64,000 bases of DNA from Mobula hypostoma (taxonomy: Eukaryota), in contig NC_086128.1 of the NCBI RefSeq assembly GCF_963921235.1, positions 26,722,001 through 26,786,000 of the forward strand, written 5' to 3'. Positions 12,001-26,100 of the stretch are shown here, one piece after another (the stretch's first letter is position 1; each line of letters starts with the position of its first letter). The notes under the pieces are model-generated. The model had not been told where the DNA came from. It saw only the letters and a list, made by a program, of their open reading frames with translations, and did not search any database. The translations under genes and the position numbers were made by a program.

Positions 12001-15000
12001 TCATCCTCCTGTTGTTCACGTATGTGTAGAATGCCTTGGGGGTTTTTCCTTAATCCTACTCGCCAAGTCCTTTACATCCTCCTTCTGGCTTTCTTACATC
12101 CACTCTTCAGCTCCTTCTGGGCTACCTTGTAACTCTCTCGAGCCCTATCTTATCCCTGCTTCTTAAACCTTAAGTAAGCTTCTTTCTTCCTCTTGATGAG
12201 ATGTTCCATATCCCTCGTCAACCGTGGTTCCTTCACCCTACCAAACCTTTCCCTGCCCCACCTATCCAGAAACCCAGGCAAGTGCTCCCTAAACAACCTC
12301 CACATTTCTGTTGTAAATTTCCCTGGGAGAAAAGGAGATGGCTGGTATATTACAGGGAGACTAAGAGGCTGGGAGAAGGAGAGGGGCGACAGGGAAGCTG
12401 GGGACACAGAGCAGGGGAAGAAGGAGTCTTTGCTGGGAGTCTGATGGGATGGGAGAGGGAGAGGAAAGATGGGGGAGCCAGCTGGTGAGAGGTGGGGTTG
12501 GGACACACAGTGCAGCTGGAAAGGGAGAGTTTGAAGATTCAAGATTGTTTATTGTCATTCTTCAGTACGTGAGTGTAAAGGAGAACAAAATGATTGTTAC
12601 TCCAGATTTGATGCAGCATAAAAAACACAATAAATATAAATACGAAAGAAATCCTATGAAACACAGTGTTCAGATAACTGTGAGCGTGGCCGTATATACA
12701 AAATAAGCTAATATTCATACACTGATTATACTTACATAAAGTGACGCTAGGTGCAGGAGTATCTGAACATAAGGTGACTCTGACAGAAAGTGATGAAGTG
12801 ACAAAGTAACTCTTGACAAGAGGAACTCTGCTGGGTAGCAGCAGGACAAATGAAAACAGTAGGTCAGTGATGGTGCCAGTGTAGGAGTGTAAAGTGTTAG
12901 TGCATGGCGGGGTGAAGGGTGCTGAGGGGCTGTGGAGGGTGTAGTGTCGGTGGGGGTGGTTGGGGTGGGATAATGGGAGGAGGTGTTGATCAACCTGACC
13001 ACAGGGCCACACAGGGACTGAGGGGCTGGGAGAGGGACGATAGGGGAAACAGAGGAGCACAGAGGAGCCAGCTGTTGAGAGCTGGGGTTGAGAACAGTGC
13101 AGGGGGAGGGGGGAGAGGTTGGGACCCCATGGGGAGACTGAGGGGCTGGGAGAGGGAGAGGGAGGACAGGGAGGTGGGGGCATTTAGTGCAGGGGGGAGA
13201 GACAGAGCGAGAGGGAGGGGCTGGGAAAGGCAGCTCGAGGGAACCAGCTGTCTGGGAATCTCAGGGCGGCTGCTGGTAGAGACTGGTGTGGATTAGTACA
13301 GGCACGTAAACACCATGTGTGGAAGGGCCCCTTCCTGTGCAGTGTGACTCTGGGGTAAATGCCAGAGTGGGATGGAGGAAGTGACTGCAGTGACGTACCA
13401 CAGGGAGCTGGTCAGTTCCAGCACACAGTGCAGGTGCCAACTCTTCCAACTGAGGAGGCTTGTCCTTAGAAATCACTAGTAGCAGTAACTGTCCCCCTGA
13501 GACCAGGCCAGTGCTTCTGATCCCCGGATAGGGAGCACCCCCAGACAGGCTGTCCTCTGTACTGGGATCGCAGAACGTGGCTGTCCCCTGCTTCATACCA
13601 GTCTCCCCTCACCCACGCATCCTTGCTCAACAGCAGGGCAGCAGGCTCGCCAACGGCTGTGCCAACACTTATCCCATTCCTTCCCACCCCACTCCTCCTA
13701 GACCCTGCCCCTCACCCACACACACCGGGGGGAGCAGGGGTTGACAGGGAGAATGTTCTGACTCCACACACACACGATGCTGCAGGTCGGAATTGAACCC
13801 AAGTCTCTGCCCAGTGTGCACTAATACGCCAGGTAGTTAGTTAGGGAAGGCTGTAGGGGCTGGGAATGGTTTCAAAGATGGGGACACTTTGGGGTCAGTT
13901 GGTGAGCACAGAGAGTGAGTGTACAATTGAAATTACCCTGTTTATGATATCTCTCCTTTCCTGCTTCCCCCCTGTTTTTCCCTCTCCCTCCCTCTTCCGC
14001 TTTCCCTCACACTCTCTTGGTCTCATGCTTTCTTTCTATATGTTGTTCTGTGACAATCCTCTACCCCTCTCTCTCCCTCACCCTTTCTCTCTTTCCTCCT
14101 CCTCTTGCTAGCACCCTCCCTCTCCCTCCCCCAATCTCTTCATCTCTCTGCCTCACTGTTTCTTTCTGACACTCTCTACCTCCCTCTCATTTTTTTCTTT
14201 CATCTCTCACACTCTGCCATCTCCCCGTTCCTTGCTTTCTATATAACACACACACTCTCTCTCTCTGCCTTTATCTGCCTCTCTCTATTTTTCTGCCTTT
14301 CTCCATCTTCCACTCTCTCTCTCCCTCCCTCTCTCCCTTCAGGTTTATATCTTTGAGAACAATATTTACCACCAGCAGTCACCGACCAGTGTTGCCCAAC
14401 GCCTGACCTCCTCGGGGACTGAGGGCATTGTTTACAACGGGATTGCTGACTGGTTGTATGAGGGTGAGAGAGAGGGGTGGAGTGATGGAAGGAGAGAGAA
14501 AGAGTGACAAAGTGAGAGGGAGGAGGGAGGGGGAGGGAGAGGGAGAGGGAGGGAGCACTGTGCTGAGGGAGGGGCTGTGAGGAGGGAGCATCACCATGTG
14601 GGAGGGGCGGTGAGGAGGGAGCGTCACGCTGTGGGAGGGGCGATGAGGAGGGAGTGTCACACTGTGGAGGGAGCATCACGCTGTGGGAGGGGTGGTGAGG
14701 AGGGACCACCTCGCTGAGGGGGGCAGTGAGGAGGGAGTGTCATGCTGTGGGAGGGGTAGTGAGGAGGGAGTGTCACACTGTGGGAGAGAGCGTCGTGCTG
14801 TGGGAGGGGCGGTGAGGAGGAAGCACCGTGCTGTGGAAGGGGTGATGAAGAGGGGGTGCTGTGCTGTGGGAGGGGCGGTGAGGAGGGAGTGCCGTGCTGT
14901 GGGAGGGGGAAGGAGGAGGGAGCACAGCACCCAGAGATTAACCTGTCCTTTCCCATCACTGCTGCTCCAGAGGAGGTGCTGGGGACTTCAGCTGCCCACT

Positions 15001-17132
15001 GGTGCTCTCCTGATGGCGCATGGCTCGCCTTTGCTCAGATCAATGACACGCTGGTGCCCAAAATGGAGATACCTCACTATCTGGGCCAACTGTATCCCCG
15101 TGCTAAAATCTACCCCTATCCCAAGGTGGGTTAGTGCCCCTCAATCTCTGCCTCCCTCACATTGCCCCCTCCCTCTCTTTCTTCTCTCCCACTCTCCCTC
15201 CCTGTTTCTCTCACCTCCCCATTCCTCCCTTCTCTTTCTTCCACTCTCTCTCTCTATGTAACTCACTCTACTGCCCCTCTCCCACTACTTGGGTTTGACC
15301 CTGTGTTTTTTTTCCAGATGAGACAACCCCTTCCGTCTATCAGTCTCTTTGTGGTGAAGCTGTATGGACCAGCACACACCCTGCAGGTTCTCCCTCCCGA
15401 GGGCCTCCGGTTCAGGTAATCCCAGGCAGTGACATTAGTGGGGGAGCGGGAGCACAGGACTGATGGTGAATGATGCCTCCACATCGGGTTACAACAGTGG
15501 GGTGGGAAGAGAACAGTTACAGAACCAGGCTCCCCGAGATGAGTCTCCTCGGGCAGATTATCTGCATAGAGAGCAGGTCCACATTAGTCAACAGCCCCAG
15601 GGTGGAGGGAAGCCCCAGAGGAGGGTTATCCCAGTGTGGAGACCAGTTTTGTATTGGTAAACAGCTCTGGGGGAGGGGGAGGGGAGGTCAGTGTGGGTGT
15701 CAAAGTGTGATGACTATGTGACCCTCTCCCACAGTCAGTACTATCTCACCATGGTCTCCTGGGTGTCCAACACCAGTCTGGCAGTACGATGGTTAAACCG
15801 AGCCCAGAACGTTTCCCTCCTCACTGGGTGTGAGGTGACCACAGGGGCTTGTGTGGAGGTGAGATCCTCATCATCCACCCTCCATTTCCCTATTCCTCAT
15901 ATCCCTCCATCTGTCTCCGTCACTTACCTTCCCTCCATCTACCCATCCCTCATCTCCCTCCACTTGAACACCATCTGAACTGATTCCACACTCTGTGGGT
16001 CACTTTCAGGAACTCTACAACTCATGTTCCCAATATTTATTTATTTATTACTATTATTATGTTTCTCGTTTTTGTCTTTGCATTATTTGTTGTCTTTTGC
16101 ACACTGGTTGTCAATCCTGTCGAGTGCAGTCTTTCATTGATTCTATTGTGTTTCTTGTATTTACTGTGAATGCCCACAAGAAAATGTATCTCAGGCTGTA
16201 TATGATGACATATATGTACTTCGATAATAAATATACTTTACTTTGAACCTCCCCATCCCTCAACTCCCTCCATCTCCCTGTCCCTCATCCTCCTCCATCT
16301 CTTCATCCCTTACTCACACCCACAACTTTCTACCTGAGTTTATTGACATATCTCTCTGCCTTTTACAGAAGCACAAGACATCATCAGATGGCTGGCTGAG
16401 TAAACAGGTGAGCCTCCTGAGAATTCAGAAAGCAGTTCGGAATTATTTCTGTCACTAAAGGAATTTGCAGGTTGTTAGAGTCTGTCAGACTGTGAGACCA
16501 GTATTATTATTACTCTGGTGCTGGCAGGCAGGGAACTGATCAGGGGTGATGCTCCTTACAATCCATAGCAAGCAGCGATGCAGGGTGGTCTATGGTCCAG
16601 AGGTTCATTTTGCAGTGGGACGGGCTGGGACTGTAGTATTGGAGGTGTTAGGTAGCCCTCTGCCTCCTGGCTGAGTGAGTGTGAAGGAGTCCCAGGCCCC
16701 AACTGACTGACCATCTCTCTCTCCTGCAGGGTGAACAGCTGCTCTTCAGTCCAGACGGCAGCACCTTCTTCCTCACTGTGCCCACCCAACAAGGGGGTGC
16801 CGGGCGGTTCTGGCACTTGGCCAGGTTCACAGACAGGGTAAGGCAGGACACATTGTCTGGATAGCGTCTGCAGTTACCCTAGAGACAATCCCTGGTCATC
16901 TTCATTACCTCTGTCTCTCCCTCCTCCTCTCTCTGTCCTCTCCCTCCCTCACAATCCCTGTCACTCACCCTCCCATTCCCTGTCTTTGCCCCTCTCTCAC
17001 TCATTCTGTCCCACCTCCCTCCCTCTCACTCTTCCTCTCCCTCAACCTCACCCTCCCTCATTCTGCCTCCGCTAATCTCCCACCTCCTCACTCTCTCCCA
17101 CCCAGAGCCCATACCCGAACTGTCCCTCGCCC

Positions 17133-17176
<44 letters not shown>

Positions 17177-20100
17177 CCTCCCTCTCCCTTCTTGCTCACA
17201 AACTCCTCTTTCTTTTCCAGGCTCAGCGTGCTGGTGAGGAATCTCGTTTCATCACCTCTGGGAGTTTTGATGTGACTTCGCTCTTTGCCTACGATGAGAG
17301 ATCACAGAAAATGTAAAAGCCCTCACCTTTAATAGGTTTTAAAGCAATTGTCAAGACATCCTCCACTTTTCCCATTAACACAGAACTTGCCAGACTGGGT
17401 CTAGGCCAGAGTGACCTACAATAGATGGAGGGAAGGGGCTACATAGATGAGAAAAGATGTAGGAGAGGGAAGGGGTCGCGGAGTTGGGGGGGAATGTAGG
17501 GAGGTAAGCAGTCACAGAGACAGGGAGGGGTGTAGTGGAAGGAGAGGTTCACAGAGATGGAGGGGGTGCAGGGGAGGGAGGAGGGGTCACAGAGACAGGG
17601 AGGTGTGTGGCGGGAGAGGGTCACAAAGATGGGGAGGGAGGGGGTCACAGAGATGAGGAGGGGGTCACAGAGACAGGAAGGCATGTGGTGAGGGGAGAGG
17701 GCCACACAGATGGGGAGGGAGGGGTCAGAGACAGGGAGGTGTGTAGGGGAGGGAGAGTGCCACAGAGACAGGGAGGGAGGGGTCACAGAGGGGGAGGGAG
17801 TGGTCATGGAGACAAGAAGATATGAGGGGATGGGGAGACTGAGACGGGTAGGTGTTTAGGGTGAGAGGGGGAGTCACAGAGACATAGAGGGGTGTGGGGG
17901 GATGTGGGGCAAGGTGAGGGTGGGATTGAAAGAGGGCTATCAGAGAAGCATGTTCTTGGAATTACAAACACGTGTTCCTTCGCAGTTATTTCGAAAGCAC
18001 TGAGGAGGCTCCAACGACCAGGCACCTGTACAGGTGAGCAGGCATGGGATGGACCCACAGGAATCCAGGCTGCAGGATCTACACACCAACACATTGCTCC
18101 CAGAGACTTTCACACCGAGACCACGGTCTCCCTCACCACCGACCTTCCCAACGTGTGACACCATCGGCACCACCCCTCCCACTGACCTCCCTCCTCACCA
18201 CCTCTCCCAAAGCACAGTGCTCCCTCCTCACCGCCCCTCCAACAGCATGGCACTCCCTCCTCACCCCCTTTCCCACAGCGTGGCGCTCCTTCCTCATTGC
18301 CCCTCCCACTGCGCAGATCTCCCTCCTCACCGCCCCTCCCAAAACATGGTGCTCCCTCCTCAGCACCCCTCCCACAGACCTCCCTCCTCACTGCCCCTCC
18401 CATAATGTGGTGCTCTCTCTCTCTCATTGTGATCAGTGACTTTCTATCTCCCCTTCTGCTCTCTCACTCTAACCCCCTCCCACCCCTCTGCAGTGCCAAT
18501 CTGAGTGGCTCCCTCCACAGACAGTGTCTCACCTGTGGCCTCCTCCCACACTGTACCTGGCCTCGTGTCCAGCTCAGTTCAGCTCTCAGCCACTTCCTGC
18601 TGAGCTGTTATGGTGAGCAGCTCTCTTCTACCCCCCTACTTCACACCCTCCACATCTCATCCCCCCTCACCTTTTCCTCTTCTCTCCCCTCCCGCTCTTT
18701 TCTCCCACCCCTCCTCCTCTCTGTTGTGTTTTTAATATTTCAGTAATATTGTCTTTCTTCTGCCCAAACCTCCCCTTCTCCCTCCTCTTTCCCTACCTCT
18801 CTTCTCCTCCCCAACTCTCGTCTTCCCCTCGTTTCCCTGCTCTTACTCCTCTCTCCCTGCTGCTCTCCACTTCCCACCTCACCTCACCTCTCCCTCTCCC
18901 TGCCCCCATATCTTCTCTCCACACCCCCACCATTCACTGTCTCCACTCGGGATGATGAGAGGGACGAGCAGATGAGGTGTGGGACAGATGATGTGGGGGG
19001 AATGGGCAGAGTGCAGAGTGACAGATCAGGTAGGGGACAGAAAGAGGGACAGATAGAGGGGGTGAATAGGGTGGGGGGGATGGGAAGAGGCTCACATTGA
19101 TGGCAACAGACAGGAACAGTAGGGGAGAGTTTCAGATGAGGTGGCAGAGCGAAGAGGGTCACGGAGGGTACAGGGAGAGCAATGGATGAGCTGGGCGTGG
19201 ATGGGAAGGGGCACAGGGAGGGGGATGGACGGGGTGAGGTTGGGGAGAGGGATGGATAGACCCGGAGACAGGGATGGCACAGACATGAGAGGATCAGATG
19301 GGGAGGGGGACTTTCATAGTGGGGACAGACAGGGTGGGGATGGAGACAGATGGAGAGAGGGATGGACGAGGTGGGGACAGTCAGGGTGGGATACATCAAG
19401 CTCTGTATCCTGTAGTCGGGGGATTGTCTGGGAAAGGGGGATCATTTTTCTGAGGGAACAGTGCCCCTCACTGCTCATGATGAACCTGTTTTCTCTCCTC
19501 AGGCTCTGGGGTTCCAACACATTCTGTCCATCGAATTGCAGACCCCAGGGGTAAGTGAGAACTCCCCTCCCCTGTGATGCCCACCACAGCTCAGGGGGAC
19601 AGAGGAAAAGGGGTTGGGGTGGATCAGATCGGGGAAGGTGGGGGGGAGGGGAGAGATGGGAAGGATGTTGGAAGGGGTTGAGTGGGAGGGTAATAGGTGG
19701 GGACAGAAGAGGAGGATGGGTGACAAGGAGGCTGACGGAAAGGAAAAAGGGTGAGGGGAGATGGGCAGGGGAGAGAGGAGAGGGGAACGAGGTGGAGGGT
19801 TGAGTGAGGTAAGAAGACTCCATTTCCCAGCCACAATGATGAGTTGTGTGTGTTCTCCCCACAGATTTTTTCCTGCTGTCCGATAACCAGGACCTGAGAG
19901 AGGCTGTGAAGAGCAGACAAATGCCCCTCACCAAGCTCCACACCCAGGCCACCCTGGCAGGCGGTGAGCGGTGACACCCTCCCTCTGCTCTGAACCAGAG
20001 TTTAACACGGTTTGGGATAGGGCGACAGAGACCACTGAGTTCGAGAAACCTCCACCAGGGCTACTGTGTCCAGCTCTGGTCAACCTTTGGAGAGGGCACG

Positions 20101-23100
20101 AACCTTGTGAGGCAGTGAGATGGGAGGGGCAGTGAGGAGGGAGCGTCACACTGTGGGATGGGCGGTGAGGAGGGAGCGTCACGGTGAGGGAGTGTCACGT
20201 TGTTGGAGGGGCGGTGAGGAGGGAGCGTCTCACTGTGGGAGGGGCGGTGAGGAGGGAGCGTCACACTGAGGGAGGGGCGGTGAGGAGGGAGCGTCACGCT
20301 GAGGGAGGGGCGGTGAGGAGGGAGCGTCACGCTGAGGGAGGGGCAGTGAGGAGGGAGCGTCACGCTGTGGGAGGGGCGGTGAGGAGGGAGCGTCACGCTG
20401 AGGGAGGGGCGGTGAGCAGGGAGCGTCACGCTGAGGGATGGGCGGTGAGGAGGGAGCGTCACGGTGAGGGAGTGTCACGTTGTTGGAGGGGCGGTGAGGA
20501 GGGAGCGTCTCACTGTGGGAGGGGCGGTGAGGAGGGAGCGTCACACTGAGGGAGGGGTGGTGAGGAGGGAGCGTCTCACTGTTGGAGGGGCGGTGAGGAG
20601 GGAGCGTCTCACTGTGGGAGGGGTGGTGAGGTGGGAGCGTCACGCCGAGGGAGGGGCGGTGAGGAGGGAGCGTCTCACTGTTGGAGGGGCGGTGAGGAGG
20701 GAGCGTCTCACTGTGGGAGGGGAGGTGAGGAGGGAGTGTCACGCTGTTGGAGGGGCAGTGGGGAGGGAGGGTCTCACTGTGGGAGGGGAGGTGAGGAGGG
20801 AGCGTCACGCTGAGGGAGAGGCGGTGAGGAGGGAGCATCACGCCGTGGGAGGGGCGGTCAGGAGAGAGCGTCACGCTGAGGGAGAGGCGGTGAGGAGGGA
20901 GCACCGTGCCGTGGGAGGGGCGGTGAGGAGGGAGTGTCACGCTGTGGGAGGGGCGGTGAGGAGGGAGCATCACTCCGAGGGAGGGGCGGTGAGGAGGGAG
21001 CGTCACGCTGTAGAAGGGGCGGTGAGGAGGGAGTGTCACGCTGTTGGAGGGGCGGTGAGGAGGGAGCGTCTCACTGTTGGAGGGGCGGTGAGGAGGGAGC
21101 GTCTCACTGTGGGAGGGGAGGTGAGGAGGGAGTGTCACGCTGTTGGAGGGGCAGTGAGGAGGGAGTGTCTCACTGTGGGAGGGGAGGTGAGGAGGGAGCG
21201 TCACGCCGTGGGAGGGGCGGTGAGCAGGGAGCGTCACTCCGAGGGAGGGGCGGTGAGGAGGGAGCGTCACGCTGTGGGAGGGGCGATGAGGAGGGAGTGT
21301 CATGCTGTTGGAGGGGCGGTGAGGAGGGAGCGTCGCACTGAGGGAGGGGCGGTGAGGAGGGAGCGTCACACTGAGGGAGGGGCGGTGAGGAGGGAGCGTC
21401 TCACTGTTGGACAGGCGGTGAGGAGGGAGCGTCTCACTGTGGGAGGGGTGGTGAGGTGGGAGCGTCACGCCGAGGGAGGGGCGGTGAGGAGGGAGCGTCA
21501 CGCCGTGGGAGGGGCGGTGAAGAGGGAGCGTCACGCCGTGGGAGGGGCGGTGAGGAGGGAGCGTCACACTGAGGGAGGGGTGGTGAGGAGGGAGCGTCAC
21601 GCCGTGGGAGGGGCGGTGAGGAGGGAGCGTCTCGCCGTGGGAGGGGCAGTGAGGAGGGACCGTCATGCCGGGGGAGGGGCAGTGAGGAGGGAGCGTCACG
21701 CCGTAGGAGGGGCGGTGAGGAGGGAGTGTCACGCTGTGGGAGGGGCGGTGAAGAGGGAGCGTCACGCCGTGGGAGGGGCGGTGAGGAGGGAGCGTCACAC
21801 TGAGGGAGGGGTGGTGAGGAGGGAGCGTCACGCCGTGGGAGGGGCGGTGAGGAGGGAGCGTCTCGCCGTGGGAGGGGCAGTGAGGAGGGACCGTCATGCC
21901 GGGGGAGGGGCAGTGAGGAGGGAGCGTCACGCCGTAGGAGGGGCGGTGATGTGGGAGCGTCACACTGTGGGAGGGGCGGTGAGGAGGGAGTGTCACACTG
22001 TGGGAGGGGCAGTGAGCGTCACACTAGGTGAGGAGGGAACGCTGATATGTGTCTTTGACACTCTCCCTCCCTTTTTCACTCTCTGTCTGACTCCCTCTTC
22101 ACCTCTCTCTCTCTCTTTCTCCCTTCCACTCGCCCCTCTCCTTTCCCTTCTCCCTCCCTGTCCCTCTCCCTCACCCTCTGTCTTGCACACAGAACTCCCT
22201 CTGATATTGTATCTGCCTCAAGGACCCCAAGAACAGCTTCGACCCCTCCTGTTAATCATGTGAGTGTGAAATAGACTTTTCCACCACTGTCCCCACCCGC
22301 CAATGCATCTAAACCCCTCCGATAATTGATCCGTTCCTGTGTATGTATGATGAGGATGTGACTGGTTGCTCTGTGAGTGATTCCTCTTCTGGTTGAATTG
22401 TCCAACATCTCTTTGGGGTCTGAGAGTGGGTCACCAATAGGGGACTCGTCGGTTGTACACACCTTCACACCCAGTGGTCAGTTCCCCTCCCACACCCCAA
22501 CCGTCCCCACCACTGGACTCTGCAGAGAAACGTTCCAGATGGGCTGCGAATGCACCCACAGTCAAACAGCCTTGTCTGGACATTGGCGGGGTGGGGTTTG
22601 GTGGGCCACCCTATAGTGACACCCCTGTCTTCTCACAGGGACCAGGATCCGAGCGGACGGTGTCTCCAGGAGCGGATCCAGCTGGACTGGGGGTCGGTGA
22701 TGGCGTCCCAGCACGGGGTTCTTGTGGTCAGAGTGGGTGGCCAGTGGCACAGAGGCTGGAGACCGGGGTCGCTGGATGGCATGGAGCAGCTGAGCACTCT
22801 GGAGTACGTGGAGGGGAGGGAGTGGTGAAGTGGAGTGGGGAGGGAAAGGGAAGTAAGGGAGGGGGAGTGGAAGGAGAGGATAAGGAAGGAAGGGTAGGGA
22901 GTGGGGAAAGGGAGCAAGAGTGGAGGGGAAATGATTTAGGAGAGGGTGAGAGGAAGGAGGGGAGGGAGAGAGTAGGAGGGAGGGAGGAAGGGAGGAGGAG
23001 GAGAGGGGGAGAGGGGTGGGAGAAGGGGATGGGGGGATGGAGAAGGGAGATGGAGGGACTGAATGGTGGGATGTGGGAGGGAACTGACCAGGAACGGTCA

Positions 23101-26100
23101 GACTCTGTGAGCAGGGATCACCCCCTGGGTGTCCACTCTGACTGACTCCACCTGTTTCCAGGACCCTCCTGAAGATGGAGCTTGTGGACCGGACGAGAGT
23201 CGGTGTCTATGGGAAGGTGGGTGCAACCCAATCTCACCCCATATCAACCCCACCATTTTCCCTCCACCTGACCCTGTATGACCCTACATTGCACACTAAG
23301 CCAACCTGACACAAGTCTCTGGGAGTTCATTCATGCATCCCTCTGCGAATGGATCCTCAACTGACCAACAGTCACAATCAGCCACGATTACTCTCAACCC
23401 TGGTACTCCACAGGGCTGTGTCCTCAGCCCCCTCCGAAACCCCCTGTACCCTCACGTCTGTGTGACCAGGTCCTGCTCCAACTACATCCACAAATTTGCA
23501 GTTGGTAAGACCGTAACGGGTTGTATCTCAAATCACTTAACGTGGAGTCAGAGTACAGTAAGGAGACAGAGAGCTTACTGACATAGTGTCATGACGATAA
23601 CATTTCTCTCAATGTCAACAAAACAAAAGAACTGATTTCAGGAAAGGGACAAGTCCATATGCTCTTGTCTACATCAACAAGTGTTGAGGCTGAGAGCTTC
23701 AAGTTCATAGGAGTAAACATCACCAACAGCCTGTCCTGGTCCAGGTGAGAAAGCTCACCACCATCTCTATTTCCTCAGGAGGTTAAGGAAATTTGGCATG
23801 GCCCCATTGACCCTCACTAATCTTTATCGGTACAGCACAGAAAGCATCCTATCAAGAAGCATCACAGTTTGCTCTGCCAGTGACCACAAGGAACTTCAGA
23901 CTTGTGACACAGCTCAGCACATCACAGAAACCAGACTCCCCTCCATGGACTCTGTCTACACTTCTCACTGTCTCAGTGAAGCAGCCAGAATAATCAAAGC
24001 CCCACCCACACCAGACATTCTCTCTTCCCCCCTCTCCCGTCGGGCAGAAGATACAAAAGCCTGAAAGCTCACACCACCATGCTCAAGGACAGATTCTACC
24101 CCACTGTGATCAGACTCTTGAACAGGCCTCTTGTACGTTAAGATGGACTCTTGGCCCCACAATCTACCTTGTTATGATGCTGCACTTTATTGTCTACCTG
24201 CACTGCACTCTTTTAGAAGCTTTTATACTTTATTCTGCATTTTGTTGTTGTTTTACCTTGTTCTACCTCAATGCACTGTGTAATCTGATCTGTGTGAACA
24301 GTATGGAAGGCAAGTTTTTCCACTGTATCTCAGTAAGTGTGACAGTAGTAAACCAATTCCAGTACCTGTCCCATCATCAGCCCCATCTGACCCCACATCA
24401 AACCATTAACCCCCTGACTCCACACTAATCCCACCTGACCCTGTATTAACTCTGTCTGACCCTGTCCTTATACTGCACTGACCCACTTACCCATAAGACA
24501 TTGGAGCAGAATTAGGCCATCGTGGCTGATTTATTATCCCTCTCAACCATCTTCTCCTGCCTTCTCCCCGTAACCTTTGTTGCCCTGACTAATCAAGAAC
24601 CTATCAATCTTTGCTTTAAATATACCCAATGACTTGACCTCCACAGATTCACCACCCTCGGGCTAAAGAAATTCCTCCTCACCACTGTTCTAAATGGACG
24701 TCCTCTATTCTGAGACAGTGCTCACTGCTCCTAGACTTCCCACTATAGGAAATATCCTCTCCACACCCATTTTGTCTTGGTCTTTCAATATTCAAAAGGT
24801 TTCAATGAGATCTCCCTCATTCTTCTAAACTCCAGTGAGTGCAGGCCCAGAGCCATCAAATGATCCTCATACATTTTCGGAATCATTCTCACGGGCCTCC
24901 TCTGGACCCTCTCCAATGCCAGCATATGCTTTCTCAGTTAAAGGACCCAAAACTGCTCACAATGTCCCAGTGCGGTCTGACCAATGGCTTACATAGCCTC
25001 AGCATTGCATCCTTGCTTTCATATTCTAGTCCTCTCAAAATTTATGCTAACGTTGTATTTGCCTTCTGTATCACCAACTCAACCCTCAAGGTAACCTTTC
25101 AGGAATCCTGCACAAGAACTCCCAAGACCCTTTGCACCTCTGATTTTCACACCCCTACTCGCTGTTACTCTGATTGACAGAGACCCCAGATGGAACCTGC
25201 ATTGACCCTCAGTGACCTCACATGACTCTGCCCTGATCATTGTCGTTCAGACCTTGACCCCACCCTGACCCTTGCACTCACCATGACCTTTGCCTTGACT
25301 TGTCCCTGCACTGACCCCTGAACTTGCTCCAGCTCTGAGCTCATGCTCCTTCTCTCTGACCCCTGCCCTGTTGATATTGCAGGGGTTTGGGGGTTTCCTG
25401 GCACTGAAGGTCCTAGGCCTGATGGACGGGTTGATTCAGTGTGGAGCCGCTGTATCTCCCATCACGGACTTCAGACTGCAGGGTAAGCTGACTGACACAG
25501 TACTGGACCTGTGTGTGTGAGAGGGGGAGAGAATGAGAGTGCAGGGTTGTGTGTGTGTGAGAGAGGGATTATGTATGTTAAGTGTGTGCATGTGAGAGAT
25601 AGGAAGTGTTCAAGTGTGTGAGCCTATAAGCCCATAAGATATAGGAGCAGAATAAGGCCATTTGGCCCATCGAGTCTGCTCTGCCATTTCATCTATTTTC
25701 CTCTCAGCACCAATATCCTGCCTTCTAAATGATCAATAATATATCAACCTCTGCTTTAAATATACATAATAACTTGGCCTCCACAGCTGCCTGTGGCAAC
25801 GAATTCCACAGATTCACCACTCTCTGGCTAAAGAAATTCCTCCTCATCCCCGTTCTGATGCCCCTCTATTTTGACTCCTGTGTGGTCTGCTTTTAGTTTC
25901 CCCCACCATAGGAAACATCCTCTCCACATCCACTCTATCGAGGCCTTTCACCATTCAATAGGTTTCAGGGCTGAGTGTGCACATGAAAAAGAGGAAATAT
26001 GTGTACAGTTGTGTGAGAGGGAGTGTGTGTGTGTGAGAGAGAGAGTCAGAGGAACTTACTTATATCAGCTGCTGTTTATTGATTACAGCTCAGTGTTCAA

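Noticed and set aside
20230-22263. 588-aa and 599-aa ORFs (also the 379-aa and 253-aa ORFs at 8714 and 28006)
   Set aside because: Translations of a 33-bp unit lacking stops in some frames. They are intronic and open on both strands; the run-in to exon 19 is coincidental.
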